DNA from: Polyangiaceae bacterium
GTDB lineage: Bacteria; Myxococcota_A; Polyangia; Polyangiales; Polyangiaceae
Length of the DNA: 64,000 bases
Direction: 5' to 3'
Assembly: GCA_033763455.1 (NCBI GenBank)
Contig: JANRKO010000008.1
Span: forward strand, 1-64,000
The translations under genes and the position numbers were made by a program. This document shows positions 16,831-26,079 of the stretch, piece after piece. The notes under the pieces are model-generated. The model worked only from the letters and a program-made list of their open reading frames with translations, was not told where the DNA came from and searched no databases. Within the stretch, counting starts at the first letter, position 1; each line of letters opens with the position of its first letter.

Positions 16831-17976
16831 ATGGCTTCGGTCCTCACACCACTGCTTTGGGGTCGGAGGGTGGTGGTCTGCGCGGGCTCTGGGGGAGTAG
16901 GAAAAACGACCGTGGCTGCTTCGTTGGCCTTGGCGGCGGCGGGCCAGGGAAGGCGTGTCCTTTGCCTCACGATCGACCCGGCGAGGCGCCTCGCCAATAG
17001 CCTCGGGATCGATAGCATGAGCGGAGACCTGCATACGGTGGCGCCCGAAAGGTTGGCGGGGTTGGGGCTCGCCGCTTTTGGGGAGCTCAGTGTCATGATG
17101 CTCGATACGAAGACCGTGTTCGATCACCTCGTTGAGAAGCACGCCAAGGCACCGAGCGTGCGTGAACGCATTCTGAAGAACAAGCTCTACCAATCCATCT
17201 CGACGCACCTTGCGGGCGTACAATCCTACATGTCGATGGAGAAGGTGCTGGAGGTAAAGCTTGACCCCCGATTTGATCTGATCGTGTTGGACACCCCACC
17301 AACCACCGAGGCTTTGGACTTCCTGCGTGCTCCTGGGCGGTTGATGGAGGCTTTAGATAGCCCGGCCATGCGCTGGTTGGTTCAGGCTTTTGAGCCCAAA
17401 AGAGCTTTTAGTTTCAACATTGTGGCGCGTGGAGCTGCGTTTGCGTTGAGGGGCCTCGGGCGTCTTACTGGGAAGGGCTTCCTAGAATCAGTTGCAGAAT
17501 TTGTGACCGACATGAGCGCGTTGTTTGGTGGGTTTCGCGCACGCGCGGCGGAGGTAAAGCGGGCCTTTGCTAGCCCTGAGTTCGGTTACGTGTTGGTAAC
17601 TGCGCCTCGCGAAAGTGCGATAGGCGATGCCCTATTTTTCGCGAGGAGCCTCGTGGAAGAACGCGTTGCGGTGGACGCAGTGGTGTTGAATCGACTCCAC
17701 ACGGCCACTGGCACCGAACCGAGTGCGTTCGACGTGGAGGCACACCTAAAATCATTAGGATGGCCTGAAGCCCCGAGCTTTGCGCCCCGAATCCTGCAGG
17801 CTGCAAAGGAAGCTGACGCACGTGCAGCCGTCGAAGCCGTTCAGGTTTCGAGGTTGGCGGTTAGGCTGGCTGAGCTCGGGATAGACGCTTCCAAGGTGGT
17901 TCGGGTGCCGGCGATGGACCAGGACGTGCACGATCTGTCGGCCTTGGCCAAAGTCGCCCACGCGCTCCTTCGCTAG
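16831..17976 (+). CDS. ArsA/Get3-family ATPase
   Basis: GSGGVGKTT P-loop, TIDPARRLA, DTPPT and VVLNR motifs. Confidence 0.88.
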   Translation: MASVLTPLLWGRRVVVCAGSGGVGKTTVAASLALAAAGQGRRVLCLTIDPARRLANSLGIDSMSGDLHTVAPERLAGLGLAAFGELSVMMLDTKTVFDHLVEKHAKAPSVRERILKNKLYQSISTHLAGVQSYMSMEKVLEVKLDPRFDLIVLDTPPTTEALDFLRAPGRLMEALDSPAMRWLVQAFEPKRAFSFNIVARGAAFALRGLGRLTGKGFLESVAEFVTDMSALFGGFRARAAEVKRAFASPEFGYVLVTAPRESAIGDALFFARSLVEERVAVDAVVLNRLHTATGTEPSAFDVEAHLKSLGWPEAPSFAPRILQAAKEADARAAVEAVQVSRLAVRLAELGIDASKVVRVPAMDQDVHDLSALAKVAHALLR

Positions 17977-19295
17977 CGTTCGGCGCGTCGACGAGCGCGC
18001 CAGCGAATGATCACGGGCACCGCGTCGAAACCGAATTCTTGGCGGATCTGATTGCTTACAAAGCGCCGATAGCTTTCCGGCACTGATTCCGGAGCGCTCG
18101 TCATTGCGACGAAAACGGGGGGAGCGGTTTGGGCTTGCGTCAAATAGTAGATGCGCGGCGCCTTGCCGCCGCTCGTTGGTGGCTGACGCGTGGCCAGAAC
18201 CTTGTCGAAGAAGCGGTTCAGCGCTGCTGTGGGAACGCGGAGCGTGAACTCGGCCGCCGCTTTTGCCACCAACGCCATAAGCTCAGGAACACCAGCCCCC
18301 GTCTTTGCGCTGATGTGCACTACAGGTGCCCAAGGCGCAAAGCGCAGCGCATCTCTGGCCTGCGCTTCCACCTTCTTACGGGTCTTTTTGTCGATGAGAT
18401 CGACCTTATTGAGCGCAACTACGAGCGCTCGTCCACGGTCCAAACACAGGCCCAATAGGCGCGCGTCTTGCTCTGCCACCTCCGCGCTGCTGTCGCAGAC
18501 CAGCACGGCAACTTCTGCGCGCTCCATCGCACGGATGGATCGAATAACGCTCGCAGATTCTACGCCCTCATCGACCCGGGCCCTCCGCCGAATCCCCGCC
18601 GTATCCACGACGAGGTAAGGCTTTCCCTGGTACGTTACCGCGCAATCCACAGGATCACGGGTGGTGCCGGGGCGGTCGTCGACCAGGGAGCGCTCGGTTC
18701 CAGCCAAATGGTTGAGCAAAGATGATTTGCCAGCGTTGGGGCGTCCGAGGAAAGCCACTCGTGGCCCACCAACCTCGATAGCTTCGCTTGCTGGGACGAA
18801 GGGCGGCAATTCGGCCACCACCGCGGCCATCAGCTCGGCCATGCCACGCCCGTGGAGGGCACTCACCGCTAGGATTTGCCGCACGCCGAGCTCATACAGC
18901 TCCATCATCACGGCGTCGCCAATCGGGCGATCTACCTTGTTCCCAACATAAATGACCGGCTTCTTGCTGTTTCGGAGTAGCTGAATCGCCTGCCTGTCGG
19001 CCTCTGTTGGGGGTGCTGAGCCGTCGAGCACCGTGACTACGACGTCAGCCTCCGCAATTGCTGCGCGCACGTGGTTCGCAATGCCCATCCCCATCGGATC
19101 TTCCGATTCGGGATCGAACCCTCCTGTATCGACGAGCACCACGTCTCGGCCATGCATGTGTGCATCCGCATAGTGCCTATCGCGGGTGATCCCGGGTGCA
19201 TCAAAAACAATAGCCAGTGGCCGCTGTGCGAGCCGATTAAAAAGTGTACTCTTGCCCACGTTGGGGCGCCCGACAATTGCAACGATAGGCTTCAT
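17973..19295 (-). CDS. der: Ribosome biogenesis GTPase Der (EngA)
   Basis: Two G domains (GRPNVGKSTLFN, GRPNAGKSSLLN), TRD, DTGG/DTAG, NKVD, and a C-terminal KH-like domain. Confidence 0.96.
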   Translation of the reverse strand: MKPIVAIVGRPNVGKSTLFNRLAQRPLAIVFDAPGITRDRHYADAHMHGRDVVLVDTGGFDPESEDPMGMGIANHVRAAIAEADVVVTVLDGSAPPTEADRQAIQLLRNSKKPVIYVGNKVDRPIGDAVMMELYELGVRQILAVSALHGRGMAELMAAVVAELPPFVPASEAIEVGGPRVAFLGRPNAGKSSLLNHLAGTERSLVDDRPGTTRDPVDCAVTYQGKPYLVVDTAGIRRRARVDEGVESASVIRSIRAMERAEVAVLVCDSSAEVAEQDARLLGLCLDRGRALVVALNKVDLIDKKTRKKVEAQARDALRFAPWAPVVHISAKTGAGVPELMALVAKAAAEFTLRVPTAALNRFFDKVLATRQPPTSGGKAPRIYYLTQAQTAPPVFVAMTSAPESVPESYRRFVSNQIRQEFGFDAVPVIIRWRARRRAER

Positions 19296-20284
19296 TTTTT
19301 GCCCTTCGTCGGTTCGCGTTTTTGAGTCGACTTCTCCTGCACGGGCGTTTCGCTCAAGCGGTCAGAACCGAAGCCGAGCTCTGCCAGCTTACGCGGCATG
19401 TTCTTCCAGCTGGGTGTGATGCGAACGAAGAGTTTGAGGTACACTGGGTGTCCCACCCTGCTTTCAATGCGCTGACGGGCGAGCGTACCGATAGACTTAA
19501 TCTGTGCACCCCCCGCTCCGATTAGGATACGACGTTGACCCTCTTTTTCTACGTGCAGCGTTGCGAAAATGGAGGTCCGCTCTGGAGATTCCTCGACCTT
19601 GTCGATGCTAACTGCCACCGCATGTGGAACCTCTTTATGGCACTGTAAGAGCACCTGTTCTCGCACATATTCAGCCAGAAAAAAGCGCAGTGGACGATCG
19701 GTCAGGGTGTCGTCGTCGTAGGCCTTTTCGCCTTCCGGTAGTACCGCCTCAAGGGCGCCGAGGACTCGCTCGACGTCGGCAGGGTCTAAAATGGATGCGG
19801 GAATGATCGCTGAAAAATCATAAGCCTTGGCCAAGGCTTCAAGGAGCGGCAGGAGCCTGGGTTTGGCACCAATTAGATCGACCTTGTTTACCACCACAAT
19901 GGTAGGCAACTGGACTTCCGCCAACTTCTGGAGCAGCAGTTGATCTTCTGGGTGAAAAACATGTTCGGTGTTGGCTTTTTTCGTTTTCTCAAGTTGAACA
20001 CCCGCGTCCAACATGAAAAGGATGGCATCCGCCCCCCGTGCACCCTCCATCGCAGAATCGTTCATACGCCGCCCAAGCTCCGAGCGCGGCCGATGGATCC
20101 CCGGGGTGTCCAAAAACCCGATTTGGCACTCATCTCGATGCACGACACCGAGGAGATTCTCCCGCGTGGTCTGAGGCACTGGTGATACGACAGCCAGATC
20201 TTCACCCAAGGCGGCGTTTAGAAATGTGGTTTTCCCAACGTTGCTGCGACCCACGATCGCGACGGTTCCGAATTTCATACGCAA
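19292..20284 (-). CDS. era: GTPase Era
   Basis: GRSNVGKTT, PQTTR, DTPGIH, NKVD, EVPH and ILIGAGG (KH) motifs. Confidence 0.95.
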   Translation of the reverse strand: MRMKFGTVAIVGRSNVGKTTFLNAALGEDLAVVSPVPQTTRENLLGVVHRDECQIGFLDTPGIHRPRSELGRRMNDSAMEGARGADAILFMLDAGVQLEKTKKANTEHVFHPEDQLLLQKLAEVQLPTIVVVNKVDLIGAKPRLLPLLEALAKAYDFSAIIPASILDPADVERVLGALEAVLPEGEKAYDDDTLTDRPLRFFLAEYVREQVLLQCHKEVPHAVAVSIDKVEESPERTSIFATLHVEKEGQRRILIGAGGAQIKSIGTLARQRIESRVGHPVYLKLFVRITPSWKNMPRKLAELGFGSDRLSETPVQEKSTQKREPTKGKK

Positions 20285-20450
20285 GGTTTGTTGGGGGGTT
20301 GTCGCGCTTGGGGATAGGGGGCGGTTCGCAGTGGCTCTCGGGCTCTTGCGTTGGGTAAGTAACTCGTGCGACTAGCACCCGAGGTATGGGTGACCTGAAA
20401 GCGTCCCGACCGAGTCCATCGACACCAGGCTCCAAAGAGGGGGCGCTCTT

Positions 20451-22658
20451 GTGACCGACGGGGGCACCTCCGTCAAGGGGAGACAGTGGGGAGGCAGGCG
20501 CTTTGCATGGCTTTTGTTGCCCGTGGTCGTGTTCCTGAGCTTGGGCGCAGGGATAGGTAGCGGTGGGGTTTGGGTACCGCCTGAACTTGAGGTGGCCGAA
20601 TTTTCTCGGCGGATCGGCGCAAGCGTGCTCAATGGTGAAGCGCTGCGCTTGGGGGAGGGTCGAGACCAAGTACCAACGCAGACCGAGCTCAGGCGAGGAC
20701 AGCTTCCGTTCATCAGCATCGCGCTCGGGTTTCGTGCTTTCGGTCTGCGCGATTGGGCCGGGCGCCTTCCGTTGGTGCTGTGGGGCATTCTGGGAGTTTG
20801 CGCCACGGCTCTGCTCGCGAGGCGTTTTGCCGGCGGGCGGGTCGCCGGCTTATCAGCTTTGGTGTTGGCGACGACCCCAATCTACTTTGTGCAAGCCAAG
20901 ACCATGCTGGGCGACATTGTAACGCTCTCAATCACGAGCTGCGTCATGTGTTGCTTGGCGTTTGCCGTTTTTGGAGGACCGGGAGCTCACGGTGGATCGC
21001 TGATGCGCCGGGGGGCTTGGCTTTTCGCCGGAATGGCTTTCCTTGGCCTAGCCATTTTGTGTCGAGGACTTGTGATTGGCGTGGCCTTGCCACTTCTTTC
21101 GGTTGGAGTGACTTCTTGGATGCTCCTTCCCAGAAAGGGCGATCTGGTCTCTCGAGTACTGACGGTTGCGTTCGTAGGGGTTGGTGCCTTTGCGTGTGCA
21201 GTGGGCGTGATGGCACTCGCATCGTCGGTGACGACCGCTAAGGTGACCCTATGGGCCGGCATGTTGGCGCACGCGCCCTCAGGGCCTGCTGCGTTCGACG
21301 CGGTGATTCAGCAGATTGGTCATGGCTTGTTGCCGTGGTCGGCGTTCGTTCCGGTTGCCGCTTGGCGGCTAGGGTTGAGGAGGCGTTCGGTGTTCGCAAG
21401 CGCCGATACACGGGATCGTGAGGTGCTAACGGTTCTTGTGTTAGTCACCCTGGGGCTTTGCTTCCTGTTCGCAACGTTGCTGGCGCCTTGGGTTGGCAGC
21501 TTTGCCTTTCCAGCCGTTTTCGCCTTGGCAGTCGTAACGGGGCTCGGCCTGGATGAGGTGAGCGCGTCGGACCACTGTTCGCCGTTGGCTGGTGCCTGCA
21601 CTTTGGGAACCGGCCTGCTATTGGTGCTCGATTTCCGGAATTACCCAGAGAAGGTGCTGACACCGTTCATGATCGCTGGCAGCCAGTTGCCCGCCCGTTT
21701 CGGGCAGGAGGTGTCCACCTATGTGACGTATGGTGTGTCGCCCTTGGTGCTCTTGTTTGCTCTCGTGCTGGTGTTTGGGCGTTTCCTGCCAGCGCCAAGT
21801 TGGTTGGCCGTTGGCCTCCTCTCTCTTTCGGGGCTAGCTCTCAGCGTTGGGCTCTATCCGGCGTTAGCCGCTGAGCTCGCGCCGAAGTCAGTGTTTGCTC
21901 GTTATCAGGGTCTAGCTCAAGTGGGTGAGCCTCTGGGCGTTGTTGGGTCCGAGGGGCTAGCCCAGGCGCGGTACTCGACTGGGCTCAACGTGTTGGGGTT
22001 TGATTCGACGACCGACGCATCCGCCTGGCTGTTGGACGTACCCAATGTGCGGCGTTGGCTCGTTTTGCCTGCCGGTGACTTGCCAATGTTGGACTCAGAA
22101 TTTCGACGTAGGGATCCAAAGCGCGAGGGGTTGCCCGTGTTGGAAGGAAAGTGGAGCTCGGTGTTTCTGGTCTCAAGTAGCCTTCAGGGCTCAGCAAATC
22201 AAAATCCGTTCGCAGCTTGGTTCACGGCTGCGCCGCCGCCCGTGGCTCGACCACTCACAGCAAGCCTCGGCGGCTCCCTTCGCCTACTGGGCTGGGAGCT
22301 TCGAGACCCAAAGGGAAAAGTGGTATCTTGGGCAAGGTCGGGCCACGAGTTTCAGTTCGTCACCTACTACCAGGTGGTCGATTCCGTCCTGGAAGAGTGG
22401 CGCGCCTTCATTCACCTTGACGGTGTGAAAACACGGATTAACGCCGATCACGATCCGCTTGCTGGCCGCTATCCCATGACCCTCTGGAACGTCGGCAGCT
22501 ACGTCACCGACATCCACACCTTTAGCATCGACAGACGCTTTCCTCCGGGTCGCTATCGCGTTTACTTGGGGCTGTTCTCTGGGGCCCGCCGGATGGAGGT
22601 CCTAACAGGCGAGGCCGAAGACGATCGGGTGTACGCGGGTGAGCTTGAGTTGCGGTGA
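20451..22658 (+). CDS. GT-C fold glycosyltransferase (ArnT/PMT, GT83/GT39-like) with C-terminal periplasmic domain
   Basis: FGLRDWAGRLP...ALVLATTP, many TM segments, and C-terminal FIHLDG...DH...YRVYLGLF. Confidence 0.72.
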   Translation: MTDGGTSVKGRQWGGRRFAWLLLPVVVFLSLGAGIGSGGVWVPPELEVAEFSRRIGASVLNGEALRLGEGRDQVPTQTELRRGQLPFISIALGFRAFGLRDWAGRLPLVLWGILGVCATALLARRFAGGRVAGLSALVLATTPIYFVQAKTMLGDIVTLSITSCVMCCLAFAVFGGPGAHGGSLMRRGAWLFAGMAFLGLAILCRGLVIGVALPLLSVGVTSWMLLPRKGDLVSRVLTVAFVGVGAFACAVGVMALASSVTTAKVTLWAGMLAHAPSGPAAFDAVIQQIGHGLLPWSAFVPVAAWRLGLRRRSVFASADTRDREVLTVLVLVTLGLCFLFATLLAPWVGSFAFPAVFALAVVTGLGLDEVSASDHCSPLAGACTLGTGLLLVLDFRNYPEKVLTPFMIAGSQLPARFGQEVSTYVTYGVSPLVLLFALVLVFGRFLPAPSWLAVGLLSLSGLALSVGLYPALAAELAPKSVFARYQGLAQVGEPLGVVGSEGLAQARYSTGLNVLGFDSTTDASAWLLDVPNVRRWLVLPAGDLPMLDSEFRRRDPKREGLPVLEGKWSSVFLVSSSLQGSANQNPFAAWFTAAPPPVARPLTASLGGSLRLLGWELRDPKGKVVSWARSGHEFQFVTYYQVVDSVLEEWRAFIHLDGVKTRINADHDPLAGRYPMTLWNVGSYVTDIHTFSIDRRFPPGRYRVYLGLFSGARRMEVLTGEAEDDRVYAGELELR

Positions 22659-22842
22659 GCGCTAGTGATTTGCGGTAACTGGTCGTAAGGCCCCAGAAAT
22701 GAGCGGCCCGCCGTCCGCTGGGGCAGGAGAACTCCGATGCGGGCGTCTTTGCCAGCAATCCAAGTCGAACGTTCCAAAAAAATGGGATGGGGCCGACTCA
22801 GTTGCGGATGACATTGCCGACGTAAGCGGGTAAGCCCGAACC

Positions 22843-23250
22843 GTGAGTGACTCACCGCCCAGATCCTCTGACGCGCCTCCCACGGATGCTCCTCCGGGTT
22901 CCGAACGACGCGGGGCAGATCGCATTGAGGTCATGTGGTCGGTTGATTGCGAGACGGACGATACTTTCCTTTACGCAAGCATCACGAACATCTCTGAGAT
23001 GGGGATTTTCGTAAGTACGCGTGAGCCGCTCGAGCTTGGCGCACATGTTCGTCTCCGCTTCTCGCCTCCAGGTGCGAGTGAGCCGTTCGTGTTGAGGGGG
23101 CAAGTGCAGTGGATCAATCCGGTGCGGTTACTTTCGGAGAGCCGCAACCCGGGTATGGGTATCTTGTTCAATTCGCTCTCCGCCGACGATCGCGAGCGGA
23201 TTGTTGAGGCGATTCGTACGATTGCCTACGTTCGTGATTCGGCAAATTGA
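22843..23250 (+). CDS. Stand-alone PilZ domain protein (myxobacterial TIGR02266-like)
   Basis: ERRGADR (RxxxR), NISEMGIF (NxSxxG) and GMGILF motifs. Confidence 0.88.
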   Translation: MSDSPPRSSDAPPTDAPPGSERRGADRIEVMWSVDCETDDTFLYASITNISEMGIFVSTREPLELGAHVRLRFSPPGASEPFVLRGQVQWINPVRLLSESRNPGMGILFNSLSADDRERIVEAIRTIAYVRDSAN

Positions 23251-23276
23251 AGTTCTCTCCGAATGGCGGTCAAACC

Positions 23277-24260
23277 TCAGTGGCCTTTTGGCGCTGGCTC
23301 GTCGGTAGCGTTCACCTCGGCCGGAGCATTTGCAGTTGGGGCCGCTCCGCTCAGAGCGGCCAGGCTGCGTGAAGCTCGCTCCGCGTAGATCGGGTCCTTA
23401 GCAAGCGCTTCAAAATAGCGTCGCGCGCGATCCAAATCCCCAGCTTGGCTGTAACAGGTGCCCGCCTCCCAGCCGGCGATGCTACCATTCCTGCCACCCG
23501 GATCTTGGGCATAAACCCGCTCAAAACGCTCAACGGCCGCCGCACAGCCCCGGCCTTTAAGGTCTGACTGCGCGGCCAACAGAGCCGCCTCCGAGGCACG
23601 CGGTCCACCTTCTGCCGCTACGCGGTCGAACAGCTCAGTAGCTTCCAGAAAGTGGTGATCGCGAAAGGCGCGCTCCGCGAGAACGAAGGATTGGTCCGTT
23701 GCCTCTCCCACGATGCCGCCAGGGGCGCCGGCTGCTTGCTTCGTCCCATCGCGCGGGTCCGATGGGCTCGAAACTCCGTGTGCCCGTTGTTGGTCATCGA
23801 CCAAAGCGGGGGCTCCCGTGTGTGGCTTTTGTGTTTGAGCTGGTGAGGCGATTTCACTTTCTGGGATCCCCTTCTCAGTCACGTAAACGCTGTCTCGGTC
23901 TCCTGGGCGTGCACGTAGGAAAAGGAGGCTGGCACCAATCATCAGCAGAAAGAGCGCGCCCATACTCACCTGTGGTCGCATCGCATACCCGGCAGCAATG
24001 GACATCCAACGCCCCATGCGTTCGGCAAAGCCTTGCCCTCTGCGAGCGGTGTGTTCCTGCAGCAGGATCTGCTGGCCAAGCTCCGGAGGCGGGCTGAGCT
24101 GAATTAACTGGCCTGTTGTTTGAGCTGATTTTAATCGAGCGTACACTCCGTTGCAGCGCGAACAATGGCTAAGATGCTGTAGCGCCAAGCTGCGCGTCTG
24201 CTCCTCCACCTCATCGTAGAGAACGTCCAACGCAACTCGATCGAATTGTTCACAATCCAC
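23277..24260 (-). CDS. Membrane-anchored zinc-binding anti-sigma factor (zf-HC2/ZAS) with periplasmic TPR-like region
   Basis: MDC...HLSHCSRC (HxxxCxxC), one TM segment, C-terminal TPR-like helices. Lies downstream of an ECF sigma. Confidence 0.8.
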   Translation of the reverse strand: MDCEQFDRVALDVLYDEVEEQTRSLALQHLSHCSRCNGVYARLKSAQTTGQLIQLSPPPELGQQILLQEHTARRGQGFAERMGRWMSIAAGYAMRPQVSMGALFLLMIGASLLFLRARPGDRDSVYVTEKGIPESEIASPAQTQKPHTGAPALVDDQQRAHGVSSPSDPRDGTKQAAGAPGGIVGEATDQSFVLAERAFRDHHFLEATELFDRVAAEGGPRASEAALLAAQSDLKGRGCAAAVERFERVYAQDPGGRNGSIAGWEAGTCYSQAGDLDRARRYFEALAKDPIYAERASRSLAALSGAAPTANAPAEVNATDEPAPKGH

Positions 24261-24266
24261 GTGCAG

Positions 24267-24806
24267 TTAACCTTGAGATTGGTGCTCAGAGATCCGTTTG
24301 GAGCCTTCGCCAGACGACCGTCGTTCTTGGACCACTTTCTGAATCCCAAGTAACGCCTTTCGCATCCTCTCTTTCACTTCTTCGATGTCGGTGCCAATAA
24401 TGTCCGCGATTTGGGCGAACTGAAGCGAGGCTACCTGTTTTAAGAGGAATACCGTGCGTTGGCTGTCCGGGAGCGCTGCAACAATGGCAAGCGCCTCTTG
24501 GTGTTGGCGTTCGAGAGATTGCCCGGGAGTGGCTCGGCTTGGTCCTGCTGGTGTGCTCATCGCGAGGCGGTACAACCAGGTTGAGAACGGGCTTTGGTCC
24601 CTAAATTCGCCGGCGCGTCGCGCAAGCTCGGCGAACACCCGCAGCGTTAAGTCTCGAGCGAGGTTGGGGTCCGCTTCGATGTAATGTGCGACGGTGTAGA
24701 CCCCCGGTAGATGCCGCTGGACGAGCTCTTCGTACGCACCGAGATCCCCTCGTTGGTAGCGAACCATCAGGGCATTGTCTGAAGCGCGGCTGTTGGAGTC
24801 GTTCAT
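24267..24806 (-). CDS. ECF-type RNA polymerase sigma factor, divergent
   Basis: GDLGAYEELVQRH and FSTWLYRLA (region 2), LPDSQRTVFLL...IADIIG (region 4). Confidence 0.78.
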   Translation of the reverse strand: MNDSNSRASDNALMVRYQRGDLGAYEELVQRHLPGVYTVAHYIEADPNLARDLTLRVFAELARRAGEFRDQSPFSTWLYRLAMSTPAGPSRATPGQSLERQHQEALAIVAALPDSQRTVFLLKQVASLQFAQIADIIGTDIEEVKERMRKALLGIQKVVQERRSSGEGSKRISEHQSQG

Positions 24807-25149
24807 GTCCAGGTAGTTGGGCGCAAAATCATTGCCGTTCGGAAAATCGTGTAGCCTCCCCGCAGGCAACACGCTACCCAGCCTCTACCCGCCGGCCCCG
24901 CCCTGCGTTGGGCCGAGCCCCATGTATTTTGTCCGCGGATCCAAGGCGCTGACCCAGGAGCCGACGTCGGCTGTTGATCGCCGAGCCGGTTGCTCCGGTG
25001 GGGATCCGGGCGCTGAGCCGGAGCAAGCATCGATCCGTGGCTAGGGGGACCCGTAAAAAAATGGGGACTGAAAGGGCGGCTAGATGTAAGTTGAGGGTCG
25101 GCTGAATTTTGGCATTCGCCCAACGGTAAGATAGAGCAAGAGGGAAACG

Positions 25150-26079
25150 ATGCGATTCTTAAGCGCAGTTACGGTTCTAGCGATTTGTGTGCCCCAAGTA
25201 GCGTGGGCGCAAGCAACGGCTCCATCGCCGGAAAAATCCGGGGAGGCGGCGGCTGCAGGTGCATCGCCCTCGCCTGCGGCAGCGGGCCCGGCGGCAGCGC
25301 CTGCGTCCGAGGCGGTAGCGCCCGCACCGACAGCGGCGGGAGCGCCGGCAGCCACCGGGGAGGGCAGCTCCGGGTCCTCGGCGGCAAGCCCAACAGCCGC
25401 GGCGGCTCCTCAGGTAAAGGGTCCCACTGCGGTAGGTTCACCCACGCCCAGTGAAGGTGCGATGGATGGTGCCACTTATGCCGTACGTCTGCGAGACCTA
25501 GAGCAACGAATAGATGAGCTGAAGGAACAGATTCGGCGAAGTCATACGCGGCTAAGCTTGCTGAGCGACACGATCTTGTCTGGTGGCGTTGGCGGGGCTC
25601 GCGCGGAAATCAAGTTCGTCAACGAGATGAGCAACGCCTTCAGGCTAACAAGCGCACTGTTCGTGCTAGATGGCGCGGTGCAGTACAACAAGCAGGATGA
25701 TTCGGGTGCACTCGCGGAGCAGAAGGAGATCCCCATCTTCAACGGTGCGGTACCCTCCGGCGATCACACCCTACAAGTGGCCCTGAAGTTGCGCGGCCAC
25801 GGGTATGGGGTTTTCTCGTACCTTCGCGGCTACCAGTTTGACGCAAAGAGCAGCCATTCGTTCACCATCACTGAGGGCAAGACGGTGCAGGTTGAGGTGG
25901 TCGCGTACGAAAAGGGGGGCGTCACAACGCCGCTCGAGGAGCGTCCCGCGATTCGCTACGGGCAGAAGCTATCGAGTGGTGTTCAAGGCGACGGAGCTGC
26001 ACCTCAGGCTAGCTCGGGCGCTTCCATCACTCCAAAGAGTGCTTCCGGAAACATCAATCTCGGCACTGGAGGTAAGTGA
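25150..26079 (+). CDS. Exported protein with Ala/Pro-rich linker, coiled coil and beta-rich domain; first gene of the Glt-like cluster
   Basis: Signal peptide (…QVAWA), A/P/S-rich segment, and LRDLEQRIDELKEQIRRS coiled coil. Stop overlaps the next start. Confidence 0.75.
   Translation: MRFLSAVTVLAICVPQVAWAQATAPSPEKSGEAAAAGASPSPAAAGPAAAPASEAVAPAPTAAGAPAATGEGSSGSSAASPTAAAAPQVKGPTAVGSPTPSEGAMDGATYAVRLRDLEQRIDELKEQIRRSHTRLSLLSDTILSGGVGGARAEIKFVNEMSNAFRLTSALFVLDGAVQYNKQDDSGALAEQKEIPIFNGAVPSGDHTLQVALKLRGHGYGVFSYLRGYQFDAKSSHSFTITEGKTVQVEVVAYEKGGVTTPLEERPAIRYGQKLSSGVQGDGAAPQASSGASITPKSASGNINLGTGGK

Noticed and set aside
16831..17976. Arsenic resistance operon
   Set aside because: No arsR/B/C/D, a single ATPase domain and no evident metalloid-binding Cys cluster.
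25150..26079. Dihydrolipoamide acyltransferase-like call based on the Ala/Pro linker
   Set aside because: It has a signal peptide and no lipoyl or catalytic motifs. The resemblance is low-complexity only.
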